The notes: generated from the sequence alone by a model not told the origin. Shown: positions 35,111 through 46,066, numbered from the stretch's first letter. The stretch: 64,000 bases of DNA from an uncultured candidate division Zixibacteria bacterium (GCA_963668625.2 CAXXKA010000006.1:64001-128000), one strand, 5' to 3'. Program-made: numbers and translations.

Positions 35111-36814
35111 GTGCTAAAGAAAACCGTTATTGGCTTGATTTTATTGGCGATCATGATCGGCGGCTGTTCTACCGATGTGTCTGAGGAAATGGATCTGCGG
35201 GTTGTCGCGAAAGCCGGCGATATCGATTTTACTATGTATGATCTCGATTGCTATACCATGAGAATGAACTACAAAAGCCCAGAGGATGAGCTTTTCAAGA
35301 AAACCGATTTTCTTGATACTTATATGGAAAGGTTAGTTGCGGCCAATGAAGGTTTAAAGCTGGGTTATCTCGATTCTGTCGAGGTGGATTCCGGACAAGT
35401 CAGTAGAATCCTTTATGAGATAGTGTATAAACAAGAGGTTACCGATAAGCTTAATCTTTCGGATAAGGCGGTTAATAAGTATTGGAAGAAATACGAGGGT
35501 ACGGTACATATCGCCCAGATTCTTCTTCAGAGAGTCGATCTGGCCGATAGTCTTTATCGGATATTGAAAAACGATCCCAATCGTTTCGAGGATTTTGCAT
35601 TGCAGTTTTCGCAAGATGAAGCTACCCGCGAAAATAACGGCGACCTCGGTTTCCGTCGAGTGATCGATATACCGATCGAATTGCGCGACCCTATTTTCAG
35701 TCTCAAGGATGGCATGGTTTCGGAACCGATTCATTCGACGATCGGAATACACCTGGTCAAAAGATACGAACGTAAAGTCGAGGATGCCGACCAGGATGAG
35801 AAAACAAGGCGGGAAAGCTATAGAATGGCTTACTCAATGCTTCAACGTCAACAACTCCAGGTTGATTTCTTCGAACGAGCCCAGCGGACGGTTTCCTATG
35901 AGTTATACTGGGATTCATTGCAGATAATTATCGATAAGGCGAAACAATTGCGGGAGGAAAGGTTTGGGCTGGATGAACCCTTGAGTTTCTGTATAGCTCC
36001 CAGCTATTTAACCGATGAGGAAAATAATATTACGATCGTTCAACTGGACGATTTCAAATATACCGCCGAACAATTTTTAACCGAGTTGAAAAACAGGCAT
36101 ATCCGCACAGGCATAAATTTCGATATCAAACCGGTTATCGAGAGAGAGATAATGAGTTTCATGATGCCGAGAATGATGCATTATTACGGAAAAGCTACGA
36201 ATAAAGAGGACACCCCACAATTCGAACATCAATATTACCATACGAAAATCGGTTATGTGTACCAGAAGTATGTTAAAGAACAACTATTGGATACGATTAC
36301 GGTTTCGAAGGATGAGCTTCAAGATTCATATGATCACGCTATCCATAATTTCTTCGTACCCGAGGAGATAAAATGCTCCGAAATACATCTCGAAACCGAA
36401 AAGGAAGCTAAGAAGATATACAATCAACTCGTGAATGGAGCGTCTTTCGAACAACTGGTAAAGAAAACTATCAGACCCGGATTCGCCGAGACGAACGGTA
36501 ATCTCGGGCCGTGTTCCCCGAAAAGATTTTCACCGATTTACGAGGCGGCTCATGGCAAGAAAGTCGGTGAGTATGCCGGGCCGGTCGCGTTCGATGGCAA
36601 ATGGTCGGTGGTACGGATCGATAATATTACGCCCGATCATTATAAACCCTTATCCGAGGTCGAAAGCTCGGTTCGCGGATTGATTATGGGAAGAAAGAAA
36701 TTTAATGTATTCCATAATTGGGTTGATGCCAAGAAGAAGGAAATCGAATTTTTCATAAATGAGGAAATGATAAAAAATAACTTGAAAACCGGGATTATTA
36801 CTGATGAAAGCTAA
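35111..36814 (+). CDS. Lipoprotein with two parvulin PPIase domains
   Basis: Lipobox IGGC; HIAQIL...NGDLG...GIHLVK and SEIHL...GNLG; GTG start after GGAGG. Confidence 0.82.
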   Translation: MLKKTVIGLILLAIMIGGCSTDVSEEMDLRVVAKAGDIDFTMYDLDCYTMRMNYKSPEDELFKKTDFLDTYMERLVAANEGLKLGYLDSVEVDSGQVSRILYEIVYKQEVTDKLNLSDKAVNKYWKKYEGTVHIAQILLQRVDLADSLYRILKNDPNRFEDFALQFSQDEATRENNGDLGFRRVIDIPIELRDPIFSLKDGMVSEPIHSTIGIHLVKRYERKVEDADQDEKTRRESYRMAYSMLQRQQLQVDFFERAQRTVSYELYWDSLQIIIDKAKQLREERFGLDEPLSFCIAPSYLTDEENNITIVQLDDFKYTAEQFLTELKNRHIRTGINFDIKPVIEREIMSFMMPRMMHYYGKATNKEDTPQFEHQYYHTKIGYVYQKYVKEQLLDTITVSKDELQDSYDHAIHNFFVPEEIKCSEIHLETEKEAKKIYNQLVNGASFEQLVKKTIRPGFAETNGNLGPCSPKRFSPIYEAAHGKKVGEYAGPVAFDGKWSVVRIDNITPDHYKPLSEVESSVRGLIMGRKKFNVFHNWVDAKKKEIEFFINEEMIKNNLKTGIITDES

Positions 36815-37643
36815 ACATGTATTTTTAATATTAGCCATTATGCTGGTTGTAGTTAATATATCCAATGCCCAATCGGCAAGCAGTGTACTGGCTGAAGTTA
36901 ACGGTTCCAAACTCACCTATGGTTATTTGATAGACCAGTTCCCAGAGGAATACCGGTCGCAGATTAACCGCGAGCAAGTCACCAGGCTGGTGGAGAACTG
37001 GATAGAGACAGAACTTCTGTACCAGGAGGGGTTAAAACATAACGTGCAAAAAGACCAGCGCATTATCAACATGATAGAGCAGCAGCGCAAGGAGATCATC
37101 GCCGCTCGTTATGCCGACCTGTCGCTCGATATGAATTTCGATTTAACCGACGTCCAGGTCGATTCGTTGTATAACGCCAATAAGGATAAGTACGTAACGC
37201 AGGATAACATGTATCGCCTGAGTCATATAGTTCTTTCCTCGAAAGGCGGCGCCGAGGCGGTTTACAGCCGTCTGCTTAACGGCGATGATTTTAACGCACT
37301 GGTACATGATTATTCCGAGGACGAGCAATCACGTAAAGACGATGGCAATGTCGGCATACTGGTTGAGTCAGGTCTCGAGCCGAATGTCGTTGAGGTTTTG
37401 AGAAATACCGAGAAAGGCAGTTACACCAAGCCGGTAAAATCACAGTCGGGCTATTACCACATATTCTGGGTGAAAGATAAAATGCCGAAGGGAACACTGT
37501 TGAAACTAGAGGATATAAGAGTAGAAATCGAGGAATCTTACAAAGCCGAAAAACAACAGGTAATTTTCGAACAGATGCTCGATAAACTAAAAGGTGCGGC
37601 ATCGATAAAAAGGAATTCTCTGAATGCGATATTTAATGAGTAA
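36804..37643 (+). CDS. Exported parvulin-type PPIase (PrsA/PpiC-like)
   Basis: Signal peptide; LAEVNG, SHIV, DYSED...GNVG, GYYHI. Confidence 0.85.
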   Translation: MKAKHVFLILAIMLVVVNISNAQSASSVLAEVNGSKLTYGYLIDQFPEEYRSQINREQVTRLVENWIETELLYQEGLKHNVQKDQRIINMIEQQRKEIIAARYADLSLDMNFDLTDVQVDSLYNANKDKYVTQDNMYRLSHIVLSSKGGAEAVYSRLLNGDDFNALVHDYSEDEQSRKDDGNVGILVESGLEPNVVEVLRNTEKGSYTKPVKSQSGYYHIFWVKDKMPKGTLLKLEDIRVEIEESYKAEKQQVIFEQMLDKLKGAASIKRNSLNAIFNE

Positions 37644-38925
37644 GGTCTTAATCCCGATTTTCATATTTGCAATTTGTATATCGGGTAATCTCGCCGCCCA
37701 GGAGTTACTGGATGGCATAGCCGCTACGGTCGATGATAGAATCATCCTGATATCCGAGGTTGAATCCCAGCTTCAGATTATCGCCATGCAATCGAAAGCC
37801 GATATCAGTAAGATGAGCGAGGAGAAAGTCGACAGCCTTCGTCATGTTATCCTGAAGCAAATGATCGAGGATAAACTGGTGCTGATCGAGGCCGAGAAAG
37901 ACACCCTGATCGAGGTAAACGCCAGGGAGGTCGAGGAAGCTTTAAATCAGCATGTCGAAAGGATAAAGTCGCAGTTTCCATCGGAGGAGATGTTTTTAGC
38001 TCAACTTTCCAACGAGGGGCTAACTTTAAAAGAGTTGCGAGCCCGTTATAAAGATGAGGTGAAAAACCAGCTTTATAAAGAAAGATTTTTGAATGGGCGT
38101 TTGAACAAAGTTTCGATCTCTTCGGGAGAGGTCAAAGATTTCTATGAGACATACAAAGACAGCCTCCCGCAACGACCGGCTGGCGTTCATCTTGCCCATA
38201 TTTTAATAAGCGCTAATCCCAGTCAGGCTACTAAGGATTCCCTGTACGCTTATGCCCGGTTAATCTTAAAGAAGGTAGAGGCGGGCGAGAGTTTCTCGCT
38301 TCTGGCGAAAAATTTCTCCGATGATATTACCGCCCAGAACGGTGGTGATCTGGGTTGGTTCGGTCGGGGCGATATGGTCGAAGCGTTCGAGAACGAAGCG
38401 TTCAGCCTTCCGATAGGCGAGCATTCCGACATTATAGAAACCCAGTACGGTTTTCATATCATCAAAGTAATCGGCAAAGAGGAAAACCGGGTCAGGGCCA
38501 GTCACATCCTGTTCAAATTCGAGCCGACCGACGAGGATATTCAAAGAAGCAAAGCCGAGGTTGATTCGATCTACACGGTTCTTCAAGCGGGCGGCGATTT
38601 CGACAGTCTCGCTATACTTTATTCCGATGATAAAACATCCTCGGATATAGGCGGCGATCTGGGCTGGTATGCCGCCGAGGATCTTTCGCCGGAATTTTTG
38701 GATGCGGTTTCACGACTGGATAATTTGGAATTCTCCGAACCGGTCGAGAGCCAGTATGGTTATCATATATTGAAAGTACTCGAAAAGAAAGCGGCCAGTA
38801 CGCTCGATTTCATAGAGGACTACAGCGATATCGAGGCGATTGCCAAGCGTAATAAAGCCCAGGATGAACTGGGGGAATGGCTTCAACAGATTATGGAGCA
38901 ATACTATATCGAGGTGAAGATATAA
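37636..38925 (+). CDS. surA: SurA-like periplasmic chaperone/PPIase
   Basis: DGIAATVDDRIILISE SurA N-domain; two parvulin domains (AHILI...GGDLGW...YGFHII; SHILF...GGDLGW...YGYHI). Confidence 0.85.
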   Translation: MSKVLIPIFIFAICISGNLAAQELLDGIAATVDDRIILISEVESQLQIIAMQSKADISKMSEEKVDSLRHVILKQMIEDKLVLIEAEKDTLIEVNAREVEEALNQHVERIKSQFPSEEMFLAQLSNEGLTLKELRARYKDEVKNQLYKERFLNGRLNKVSISSGEVKDFYETYKDSLPQRPAGVHLAHILISANPSQATKDSLYAYARLILKKVEAGESFSLLAKNFSDDITAQNGGDLGWFGRGDMVEAFENEAFSLPIGEHSDIIETQYGFHIIKVIGKEENRVRASHILFKFEPTDEDIQRSKAEVDSIYTVLQAGGDFDSLAILYSDDKTSSDIGGDLGWYAAEDLSPEFLDAVSRLDNLEFSEPVESQYGYHILKVLEKKAASTLDFIEDYSDIEAIAKRNKAQDELGEWLQQIMEQYYIEVKI

Positions 38926-38929
38926 CCTC

Positions 38930-39196
38930 ATGCGTCTGGATAAATACCTCTCGATAGTGAAGATCTTAAAAAGTAGATCATTAGTGAAAACCGCCGCCGA
39001 CGAGGGCATGGTTTTCGTTGATGGTTCCCGGGCGAAACCCTCCCTCGATATCAGGCTTGATCATGTAATCGAGGTTGACACGCCCCGTTTCTATAAGAAA
39101 ATAAGAGTAGTCGAATTACCGCCGAAGAATATGAAAAAATCGGAGGCGGTTAACATGTACGAGATACTTGAAGAACGTAAGAAGGAACTTATTTGA
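38930..39196 (+). CDS. S4-domain RNA-binding protein, RqcP(YabO)/Hsp15-like
   Basis: MRLDKYL...KSRS...AKPS and C-terminal KKSEAVNMYEIL. Confidence 0.85.
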   Translation: MRLDKYLSIVKILKSRSLVKTAADEGMVFVDGSRAKPSLDIRLDHVIEVDTPRFYKKIRVVELPPKNMKKSEAVNMYEILEERKKELI

Positions 39197-40482
39197 AAAA
39201 AAGCTTTATCGACTCACGAAAGCTTCGTAAAGATCGGGTGATCTTAGCCGGGATAAAACTTCCCCAACACACCAGCGAATCCGTTAAAGAATCTATCGAT
39301 GAACTGGCGACACTTTGCCGCTCGGCGGGTGGTATCGTGGTCGGCGATATGATTCAGGCTCGGGAACGTTACCGTTCCGGCCATGTTTTCGGCGAGGGCA
39401 AACTTCAGGAACTAAAAGAACTATGCGAGGAAACAGAGGCCAGTCTGGTTATCTATGACGGTGAATTGACGCCCTCTCAGCAGGAGAAAATTGAGCAAGT
39501 GCTCGATACCTCGGTGATAGACCGCCCGGCGCTGATCTTGGATATCTTTGCCCGTCATGCTAAAACCCGCGAGGCAAAAACGCAGGTGGAGTTGGCTCAG
39601 ATGGAGTACTTATTGCCCCGACTTGCAGGTCACTGGACACATCTGGAGCGACAGGAGGCGGCGATCGGCACGCGCGGTCCGGGAGAAACTCAGCTCGAAA
39701 CCGACCGTCGAATGGTGCGCAAGAAAATAGCCGACTTGAAAAAAGATCTCGAGAAAATAGAAATGAACCGGGTAAACCAGCGTAAACGTCGTGAGGCCAA
39801 GATTAATTTTTGTTTCGTAGGTTATACCAATGTCGGCAAATCCAGCCTGTTCAACCGTCTAACCAGCGGTGATACGCTGGTGGCCAACCGTCTGTTCGCG
39901 ACACTCGATTCTACCACTCGGCGGGTACCTTTAAAAGGTATCGGCGAGTTCATGTTGACCGATACGGTCGGCTTTATCAAGAAACTACCGGTCAATTTGG
40001 TAGCCTCGTTCAGGTCAACCCTGAAAGAGGCGATCTCGGCCGATATGCTCATACATGTTGTCGATTTTTCGGCTAACGATTTGAACGAGAAGGTACGAGT
40101 CGTCAACAAGGTGTTAAATGAGATAGGCGCCGGAGATATACCGGGCCTGTTGGTTTTTAATAAGATAGATATGGTAGATAATATCGAGCTGCGACAAAAC
40201 ATGGTGGCCGCTTATCCTGACTGCAAGTTCGTCAGCGCTAAAAGTGGCGAGGGTATCGAGTCGTTGATGGAATTCCTGGTCGAAAAGTGTTCTGAAATGT
40301 ATATAGAACTGACTGCCCGGGTAAGCCAATCTAACTCGAAAGCTATCGGTTCCATCTCGAAAGCCATGCATATATATGACAGCGTTTGCGAAAACGGCGA
40401 GATGGTTTTTCAGGGGAAAATTCCCAGGTTTGAAATTCCCCGACTGGAAAACGAGGGGGTAAAACTCGAGTATGCCGTCTGA
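39193..40482 (+). CDS. hflX: Ribosome-splitting GTPase HflX
   Basis: LILDIFARHA, QVELAQ..Y.LPRL, RGPGETQLE, GYTNVGKS, LFATLD, DTVGFI, NKID. Confidence 0.97.
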   Translation: MKKSFIDSRKLRKDRVILAGIKLPQHTSESVKESIDELATLCRSAGGIVVGDMIQARERYRSGHVFGEGKLQELKELCEETEASLVIYDGELTPSQQEKIEQVLDTSVIDRPALILDIFARHAKTREAKTQVELAQMEYLLPRLAGHWTHLERQEAAIGTRGPGETQLETDRRMVRKKIADLKKDLEKIEMNRVNQRKRREAKINFCFVGYTNVGKSSLFNRLTSGDTLVANRLFATLDSTTRRVPLKGIGEFMLTDTVGFIKKLPVNLVASFRSTLKEAISADMLIHVVDFSANDLNEKVRVVNKVLNEIGAGDIPGLLVFNKIDMVDNIELRQNMVAAYPDCKFVSAKSGEGIESLMEFLVEKCSEMYIELTARVSQSNSKAIGSISKAMHIYDSVCENGEMVFQGKIPRFEIPRLENEGVKLEYAV

Positions 40483-41203
40483 TAAGTTGAAAAGCCAGAG
40501 AGCGCTTGTCACCGGAGCGACCGGTGGTATAGGCGCGGCTATAGTTGACAGCCTGATTAATGCCGGCGTGAAAGTTATTGCCCAGGGGCGATCTGCCGAT
40601 CGTCTGAAAGAGCTTACCGATAATTATCCGGGTATAATTTGTGAATCGGCTGATCTCAGCGATGAGAAAGAAACTATCAAGTTGGCGCAATCGGCAATAT
40701 CACATTACGATGGACTTGATATATTGATTAATAATGCGGGTATTGGTTTCATGAAAAGTGTCATTGATCTTGACATTTCCGATTTTAACCGCATTATGAA
40801 TATTAATCTTCGGGCGATTTTTATACTGAGTAAAATTATCGGACAAACCATGATTGACCGGAAGGATGGTTATATAATAAATATCGGTTCCGGCGCCTCT
40901 ACCACGCCGATTAAAAGTATGGCGGCTTATTGCGCCTCCAAACACGCTTTGCTCGGTTTTTCCGAAAGCCTGGCGCTGGAGATGCGTGACTATGGAGTAA
41001 AAGTCTCGATAGTCATGCCCGGTTCAACCGCCACCCGTTTCGGCGGCATGACACCGGAAAGCAGGTTGCAGACCAAACCGGGTATTTTATTGCCGGAGGA
41101 TGTGGCCGAATCGGTGATGTTTTTATTGAGTCAGCCTAAAAGAGCCTGGACATCACAGGTAAATTTAAGACCGTTAGATCCAAAACAATCGTTCAATTCC
41201 TAA
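40472..41203 (+). CDS. Classical short-chain dehydrogenase/reductase
   Basis: TGATGGIG, LINNAG, YCASK, MPG. Confidence 0.92.
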   Translation: MPSDKLKSQRALVTGATGGIGAAIVDSLINAGVKVIAQGRSADRLKELTDNYPGIICESADLSDEKETIKLAQSAISHYDGLDILINNAGIGFMKSVIDLDISDFNRIMNINLRAIFILSKIIGQTMIDRKDGYIINIGSGASTTPIKSMAAYCASKHALLGFSESLALEMRDYGVKVSIVMPGSTATRFGGMTPESRLQTKPGILLPEDVAESVMFLLSQPKRAWTSQVNLRPLDPKQSFNS

Positions 41204-41215
41204 CAGGAGGGGAGT

Positions 41216-41671
41216 ATGAAAAAGTATTTAGTAGTATCGTTCCTGGTTGTTATAGCGTTATTTGCCTCACAATTAATAGCCCAGGAGGCCGGGGATAGTC
41301 CGGCAAAGCAAACGATGAAGGAGAAAAAATCCGAACCGATGATGGAGCCGTCCATGAATGTGGAGGGATTCGCCTGCGGTACGGCTATCGAGGACAGGGA
41401 GCTTCAAGGGGAGGCCGAGACTTTCCCGGCTGAAACCGAGAAGGTCTATTGCTGGACCACTATCACCGGTTGCGAGGAACCCACCACTGTCGAGCATGTC
41501 TGGTATTACGGCGGCGAGGAGAAAGCCCGCGTACCTCTGGAGATAAAATATCCGAGAATGCGCACCTGGTCATCCAAGACTATCATACCCGAATGGCAGG
41601 GCGACTGGAAAGTCGAGATGGTTGATGAAACAGGTCATGTCCTGGCGACCGTCGCTTTCACCGTCGAATAA
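41216..41671 (+). CDS. Exported DUF2914-like Ig-fold protein
   Basis: Signal peptide; VYCWT, HVWY, RTWSSKTI...GDWKVE. Confidence 0.75.
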   Translation: MKKYLVVSFLVVIALFASQLIAQEAGDSPAKQTMKEKKSEPMMEPSMNVEGFACGTAIEDRELQGEAETFPAETEKVYCWTTITGCEEPTTVEHVWYYGGEEKARVPLEIKYPRMRTWSSKTIIPEWQGDWKVEMVDETGHVLATVAFTVE

Positions 41672-41693
41672 AAGCGATTGATAGATGTTGTCG

Positions 41694-41721
41694 AAAGCGG
41701 CGTTTCGGCGTCGCTTTTTTT
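41694..41721 (+). terminator. Intrinsic terminator
   Basis: AAAGCGGCGT-TTCG-GCGTCGCTTT plus T run. Confidence 0.8.
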
Positions 41722-41825
41722 ATTTATTTATATTTTTGGGAATGAAATCATGATTGATACGTACTATAATATAGAGGATGTTAATGTACGATGTATAATT
41801 GCTATCCAGTGCCGATAGGTGTAAT

Positions 41826-42383
41826 ATGACCGAAAACCAATTAAACCACGACAATAAGCCGGGTAATTCTCCGGATAACGATAGAGATATCAATCTGCAA
41901 TTCACCTTAACCAGAAATGATCTTTTCTGGTATAATATATATTTTATTCGCCTTCTGGTTCTGGCCGCGATAGCTTGTTTTCTCGGGGCGATAGGTGTTT
42001 TCATATATTCGCTACAAATCCCTACCGGCGATTATAAAACCACCCTGATTTGGATCATTATGGCGCTCAGCGCCGGTTTCTCGATTAGCGGCGGTACTAT
42101 CGCAGCCATTGTCTTGCAGGTGTTCGTGCTTAAGAACGAGTCGGTGAACCAGGCGATGACCATGCGTTCGTATATAATTAACTCGGCCGGTATTGCGGTA
42201 TTCAATAAAAGCCGCAAGATAGTGCGAACCTGGAATGATATTCGGCGGGTCATTAAAACGCATCACGGATACTACATTAAAACAGGGGATAGAATCGCCA
42301 TCGTGTTGCCCCGGCATGTTTTCAAGAATGATGAACAGATCGAGTATTTCGAACAGCTCATTCAGCTTGCCAAAACCGGATGA
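41826..42383 (+). CDS. YcxB-like membrane protein
   Basis: Two TM helices then W.DI.RV...IVLPRHVF. Confidence 0.7.
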   Translation: MTENQLNHDNKPGNSPDNDRDINLQFTLTRNDLFWYNIYFIRLLVLAAIACFLGAIGVFIYSLQIPTGDYKTTLIWIIMALSAGFSISGGTIAAIVLQVFVLKNESVNQAMTMRSYIINSAGIAVFNKSRKIVRTWNDIRRVIKTHHGYYIKTGDRIAIVLPRHVFKNDEQIEYFEQLIQLAKTG

Positions 42384-42525
42384 ATTTCCGCCCGCTTGAT
42401 TGTTTAGATATAAAGTAAGTTTTTCTATTTTAAATCTATAATTTTAATTCAATTAATATTTAGACTGAACCTTGCCTGAGCTAAGGTTGTTGACTATATT
42501 TCAAGGTTAATTTGCAAAAATCGAA

Positions 42526-42569
42526 TTGACCTGAAAACATCTGTTCATTATAATACTGAACATTTGTTG
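42526..42569 (+). promoter_or_regulatory. uvrA sigma70 promoter with two LexA-like boxes
   Basis: TTGACC-17 nt-TATAAT (42526-42554); AAAC-ATCT-GTTC (42535-42546) and GAAC-ATTT-GTTG (42558-42569). Confidence 0.7.
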
Positions 42570-42587
42570 ATTAAGGAAGTAAGTTAG

Positions 42588-45419
42588 ATGACTAAAGAAG
42601 GTAAAATCATAATTAAGGGAGCTCGCGAGCATAACCTTAAAAATATAAATGTAGAATTACCGCGTAATAAGCTGGTGGTTATCACCGGCCTTTCGGGGTC
42701 GGGCAAATCCTCGCTGGCGTTCGATACGATTTATGCCGAGGGGCAGCGGCGCTACGTGGAATCGCTTTCGGCATATGCCCGCCAGTTTTTAGGCTTGATG
42801 GAGAAACCGGATGTCGATTTCATCGAGGGGCTTTCACCCGCTATATCGATCGAGCAGCGTTCGGCGGCAAAGAATCCGCGTTCTACCGTTGGCACCGTAA
42901 CCGAGATATACGATTATCTCAGGTTGCTGTACGCTCGTATCGGTATACCATATTGTCCGAAATGTAAAAAGCCTATCAGCCAGCAGACCGTGCAACAGAT
43001 CGCCGATACGGTCATGGAGCTACCGACTAACAGCCGGGTACATGTACTTGGGCCGGTTATACGAGGACGGAAAGGGGAGCATCGGGATGTGTTCGACCAG
43101 ATCCGCCGCGAGGGCTATGTGCGTGTGCGAGTGGATGGCGAGGTGCATGAGATAGATGACGATATCAAGCTGGATAAGAAAAAGAAGCACTCGATCGAGG
43201 TAGTGGTCGACAGGCTGGTAATAAAGGACGGTGTAACTAAACGTCTGACAGATTCGCTGGAGACCGCCCTGAAATTAGGCTCGGGTCTGGTCATGATCGA
43301 TGCCCTCGGTAAAGGTGAAACAGCCTATTCGGAACAATACGCTTGCGAAAAATGTGGCATATCCTACGAGGAACCCACGCCGAGAATGTTCTCGTTTAAC
43401 TCGCCCTATGGCGCTTGCCCCGAGTGCTCCGGCCTGGGGACCAGGATGGAGCTTGATCCTGATCTGATAGTTCCCGATCCGACTATTTCCATTAACGAGG
43501 GCGCTGTTGCTCCCTGGGGAGTGCCGAGAGGCGGATATTATTTCGGTTTGATCGATGCCGTTGCCAAACACTATGGCTTTTCTATGAGCAAGCCGTTTAA
43601 GGATTTGCCGGCGAAATTTCAGAAAGTGGTTCTCTTCGGCTCGGGCAGAGAGCAGATCAAGTTCGTCTGGAATCACTCCAATGGCAAGGGGCGATGGGAG
43701 CATATGGATAAATTCGAGGGCGTGGTCAATAACCTCCGCCGACGGTACCGTCAGACCAAATCGGATGGTATCCGTAGCTGGATCGAGCAGTACATGTCGA
43801 TCAAACCCTGTACCGCCTGCGATGGCGCCAGGCTTCGGCCCGAGGCGCTTTCGGTGATGGTAGCCGATTACTCCATAGCCCGGGTTGCCTCCATGTCCGT
43901 TAAGAAAGCGAAGGCTTTTTTCGATAATCTAAAATTGAGCAGACGCGAATCAACTATAGCCCGCCAGATTTTAAAAGAGATCAATCAGCGATTGGGATTT
44001 CTTATCGATGTCGGCTTGGATTATCTGACCCTCGAGCGTTCGGCCATGACATTGTCCGGCGGCGAGGCGCAGCGTATCCGTTTGGCGACACAGATCGGCT
44101 CCCGTCTGGTGGGAGTGCTTTATATCCTGGATGAGCCATCGATAGGACTACACCAGAGAGACAACCGTCGTTTGCTGAATACGCTTACTACTCTTCGTGA
44201 TTTAGGCAATACCGTGGTGGTAGTTGAGCATGATAAGGAAACAATCGAGACAGCCGATTACGTGCTCGATTTAGGCCCGGGAGCGGGTGTTAAAGGCGGC
44301 GAGATAGTGGCTGCCGGTACGCCGGCGAAAATAAAGCGAACTCGAAAGTCGATAACCGGCAAGTATCTTTCCAATAAACTGAGTATCCCCGTACCGGTCA
44401 GTCGCCAGAAAGGAAACGGCGAGAGAATAACGGTGATCGGCGCCGGTGGTAATAATCTCAAAAATATACGGGTGGATTTTCCGCTGGGCCTGTTTATTTG
44501 CGTGACCGGCGTCTCCGGCTCCGGTAAGTCGACACTGGTTAACGAGACCCTGTACCGGGTGATGGCGCAGCATTTTTACAATTCCAAAAAGCCGCCGCTT
44601 AATTACGAGACGATAACCGGTTTGGGTAATATCGATAAAGTGATTGAAATCGATCAATCGCCAATCGGACGTACACCGCGATCTAATCCCGCCACTTATA
44701 CTGGAGTGTTTACCCATATCCGCGATTTGTACTCTCAATTACCCGAATCGAAAGTCAGGGGATATCAACCCGGACGTTTCTCGTTTAACGTCAAAGGCGG
44801 TAGATGCGAGGCATGTCAGGGGGATGGCATTATCAAAATCGAAATGCATTTCCTGCCAGATGTTTACGTGCCTTGTGAAGAGTGCAAAGGCGCCAGGTAC
44901 AATCGCGATACGCTGGAGATTTTATACAAGGGCATGTCAATCGCGGATGTGCTGGATATGACTGTCGATGAGGCTTTGAAGTTTTTCAAAAACATCCCGC
45001 CGATAAAACGCAAGCTCGAAACTCTGGCCGGAGTTGGACTGGGATATATTCATCTCGGGCAGCAGGCCACCACGCTTTCGGGAGGCGAGGCGCAACGCGT
45101 GAAACTTTCCACCGAGTTATCCAAGATAGCGACCGGCAAAACGTTTTATATTCTGGATGAGCCGACGACCGGTCTTCATTTCGATGATATCAGGCAGTTG
45201 TTAGTTGTGCTTAATACACTGGTAGAACGAGGTAACACGGTGCTCGTGATCGAACATAACCTCGATGTTATCAAAACGGCCGATTGGATTATCGATTTGG
45301 GACCCGAGGGCGGCGATGAAGGCGGACAGGTGGTAGTGCAGGGCACACCTGAAACAGTCGCTAAAAATACGAAGAGCTATACCGGTCAGTTCTTGAAACA
45401 GGAATTAGGGTTGGAGTGA
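42588..45419 (+). CDS. uvrA: Excinuclease ABC subunit A
   Basis: [23 protein letters not shown], two LSGGEAQR motifs, Zn fingers, GVSGSGKS. Confidence 0.99.
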   Translation: MTKEGKIIIKGAREHNLKNINVELPRNKLVVITGLSGSGKSSLAFDTIYAEGQRRYVESLSAYARQFLGLMEKPDVDFIEGLSPAISIEQRSAAKNPRSTVGTVTEIYDYLRLLYARIGIPYCPKCKKPISQQTVQQIADTVMELPTNSRVHVLGPVIRGRKGEHRDVFDQIRREGYVRVRVDGEVHEIDDDIKLDKKKKHSIEVVVDRLVIKDGVTKRLTDSLETALKLGSGLVMIDALGKGETAYSEQYACEKCGISYEEPTPRMFSFNSPYGACPECSGLGTRMELDPDLIVPDPTISINEGAVAPWGVPRGGYYFGLIDAVAKHYGFSMSKPFKDLPAKFQKVVLFGSGREQIKFVWNHSNGKGRWEHMDKFEGVVNNLRRRYRQTKSDGIRSWIEQYMSIKPCTACDGARLRPEALSVMVADYSIARVASMSVKKAKAFFDNLKLSRRESTIARQILKEINQRLGFLIDVGLDYLTLERSAMTLSGGEAQRIRLATQIGSRLVGVLYILDEPSIGLHQRDNRRLLNTLTTLRDLGNTVVVVEHDKETIETADYVLDLGPGAGVKGGEIVAAGTPAKIKRTRKSITGKYLSNKLSIPVPVSRQKGNGERITVIGAGGNNLKNIRVDFPLGLFICVTGVSGSGKSTLVNETLYRVMAQHFYNSKKPPLNYETITGLGNIDKVIEIDQSPIGRTPRSNPATYTGVFTHIRDLYSQLPESKVRGYQPGRFSFNVKGGRCEACQGDGIIKIEMHFLPDVYVPCEECKGARYNRDTLEILYKGMSIADVLDMTVDEALKFFKNIPPIKRKLETLAGVGLGYIHLGQQATTLSGGEAQRVKLSTELSKIATGKTFYILDEPTTGLHFDDIRQLLVVLNTLVERGNTVLVIEHNLDVIKTADWIIDLGPEGGDEGGQVVVQGTPETVAKNTKSYTGQFLKQELGLE

Positions 45420-45420
45420 T

Positions 45421-45861
45421 TTAATTCCAGATACCCTTGATATAGTCATTCATCAAGCCGCTTTCGATAAAAACATTCAAAGCGCCCGAGGTTGTCTCCT
45501 GATCCATACCCCAGATTGAGATACGTTTCTTTTTTGAATCCGAATCATACTGGATGAAATATTTATTATCCTCGCTGATAAAAACCGGTAAGCTATTGAC
45601 CCATTTTGCCGCAACCGAATTTACTCCCGGGCCGCCAATCGCTATAGTCGGGCAAGCCTGGATAATCTTATCGCCATCGTATAAGGCATCGCTGATAACG
45701 ATCGATTTCCTGAACGGCGTTTTGGCGAAACCGTTCGTTTCGTGCAATTTTTTCTGAAGCCAATAAGCCAGGGGCCGGTCTTTCTCCTCGGGCTTTATAT
45801 CCGAACCGACGACTATCAAAATAGTTTCATTTACATCAAGTTCCTGCATATTATCCACCAA
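45421..45861 (-). CDS. Hypothetical alpha/beta protein
   Basis: 146-aa ORF with AGAGG SD; DRPLAY, IAIGGPGVN and IWG motifs. Confidence 0.7.
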   Translation of the reverse strand: MVDNMQELDVNETILIVVGSDIKPEEKDRPLAYWLQKKLHETNGFAKTPFRKSIVISDALYDGDKIIQACPTIAIGGPGVNSVAAKWVNSLPVFISEDNKYFIQYDSDSKKKRISIWGMDQETTSGALNVFIESGLMNDYIKGIWN

Positions 45862-45970
45862 TCCTCTCTACTAATTTTAAGCGGATAAAGAGTCGAATTG
45901 TTCCCTTATAGGATATTCGTAAACGTTATGGATATTTAGTGCAATAATAATTCTTGATGAAATATAACTA

Positions 45971-46066
45971 CAGTCGGGACTTTCCTTCTCTTTGCGAGTC
46001 GCTGGGCGAACGAAGTCCCTAGGACATATCAGGATGGAAGCGGTGCGACATCCTGATACGCTGACT
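45971..46066. repeat. Structured element related to the MITE interior
   Basis: GAGTCGCTGGGCG-R-ACGAA shared with 21898-21916; hairpin TATCAGGATG/CATCCTGATA resembles TGTCAGGA/TCCTGACA. Confidence 0.55.

Noticed and set aside
41792-41818. Additional sigma28 promoters at GCCGATAG (41811) and CCGATAT (near 20575 and 63393)
   Set aside because: No TAAA-like -35 at 15-nt spacing
45971-46066. Hammerhead ribozyme or c-di-GMP riboswitch
   Set aside because: Minus-strand CTGAT-GTCC/GGAC lacks the CUGAnGA and GAAA core, and no GEMM consensus is visible
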